Positions 63,801 to 64,000 of a DNA stretch of 64,000 nt are shown here, in pieces (position 1 is the first letter of the stretch; each line of letters starts with the position of its first letter). Under the pieces are notes generated by a model that saw nothing but the letters and a program-made list of their open reading frames with translations, had not been told where the DNA came from and did not search any database. This DNA is from Paraphysomonas bandaiensis (lineage: Eukaryota; Protista; Chrysophyceae), in NCBI GenBank assembly GCA_965644295.1, contig CBFFRP010000043.1, positions 30,516 through 94,515 of the forward strand, read 5' to 3'. Position numbers and translations under genes: made by a program.

Positions 63801-64000
63801 GCATGATAGTGTATTAGCCGTTTGCCTTTCGAATGCAGATAATCCACAATTTTCTGAATGCACTCAATGACAAAATCCTCGGTTCTGTGTTTTCCATAGA
63901 ATGTCCAACCTGTATCTTGAAGCTGCATCGGTAGCTCCGAAGACTACGGTGTTTCCTGTGACTATTGCTGGAGGTGAGAATGGTCCAGTAAAATCAACTG
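60833..64000 (-). pseudogene. pol: Copia pol (integrase, RT, RNase H) with one frameshift in the integrase core near 63908
   Basis: DFTGP...TDAASRY in one frame and WTFYGK..ADGGRE..PEDNPIQER in the next; KARLVAQGFSQ, YGLKQS, YVDD, TRPDI, ADSDWA, SSTEAEY, ADILTKPL. Confidence 0.93.

Larger units (their letters stand above)
60462..64000 (-). mobile_element. Ty1/Copia LTR retrotransposon (5' part outside window)
   Basis: Integrase-RT-RNase H order, PPT and LTR. Confidence 0.95.

Noticed and set aside
1-64000. Idea that the whole window is an 'immune island'
   Set aside because: Candidate defence genes are interspersed with housekeeping genes (TFB5, APC5), and clustering cannot be tested from one window. 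No tRNA or rRNA genes were recognised.

Overview
Eukaryotic nuclear DNA: gene-dense, with short 44-60 nt GT-AG introns. Gene content and style suggest a stramenopile/ochrophyte-like protist (inference). Recognisable genes: a giant P/S/T-repeat REJ/polycystin-like membrane protein, an enlarged CD36/SCARB receptor, an ankyrin coiled-coil protein, an OSCA/TMEM63-like channel with two WW domains, a nucleoredoxin, TFIIH subunit Tfb5 (missed by the ORF track), an Stc1-like Zn-finger protein, a bacterial-like GNAT and APC5. Mobile DNA and repeats: two non-autonomous hAT elements with exact 8-bp TSDs, a frameshifted Copia element whose 3' LTR starts with TA, a retroposon-like insert between 473-bp direct repeats, a related dispersed repeat family, and a ~1.45 kb (TACA)n tract. 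Two candidates for undescribed, possibly immune-like systems stand out. (1) Two F-box genes have near-identical N-termini but differently shuffled arrays of 29-aa ankyrin-like repeats that vary at putative binding-face positions. (2) One 1047-aa protein fuses EF-hand, AIG1/GIMAP-like GTPase, Ig-like, TRAF-type Zn finger, thioredoxin and TIR domains. All domain calls come from reading motifs by eye; no database searches were run.
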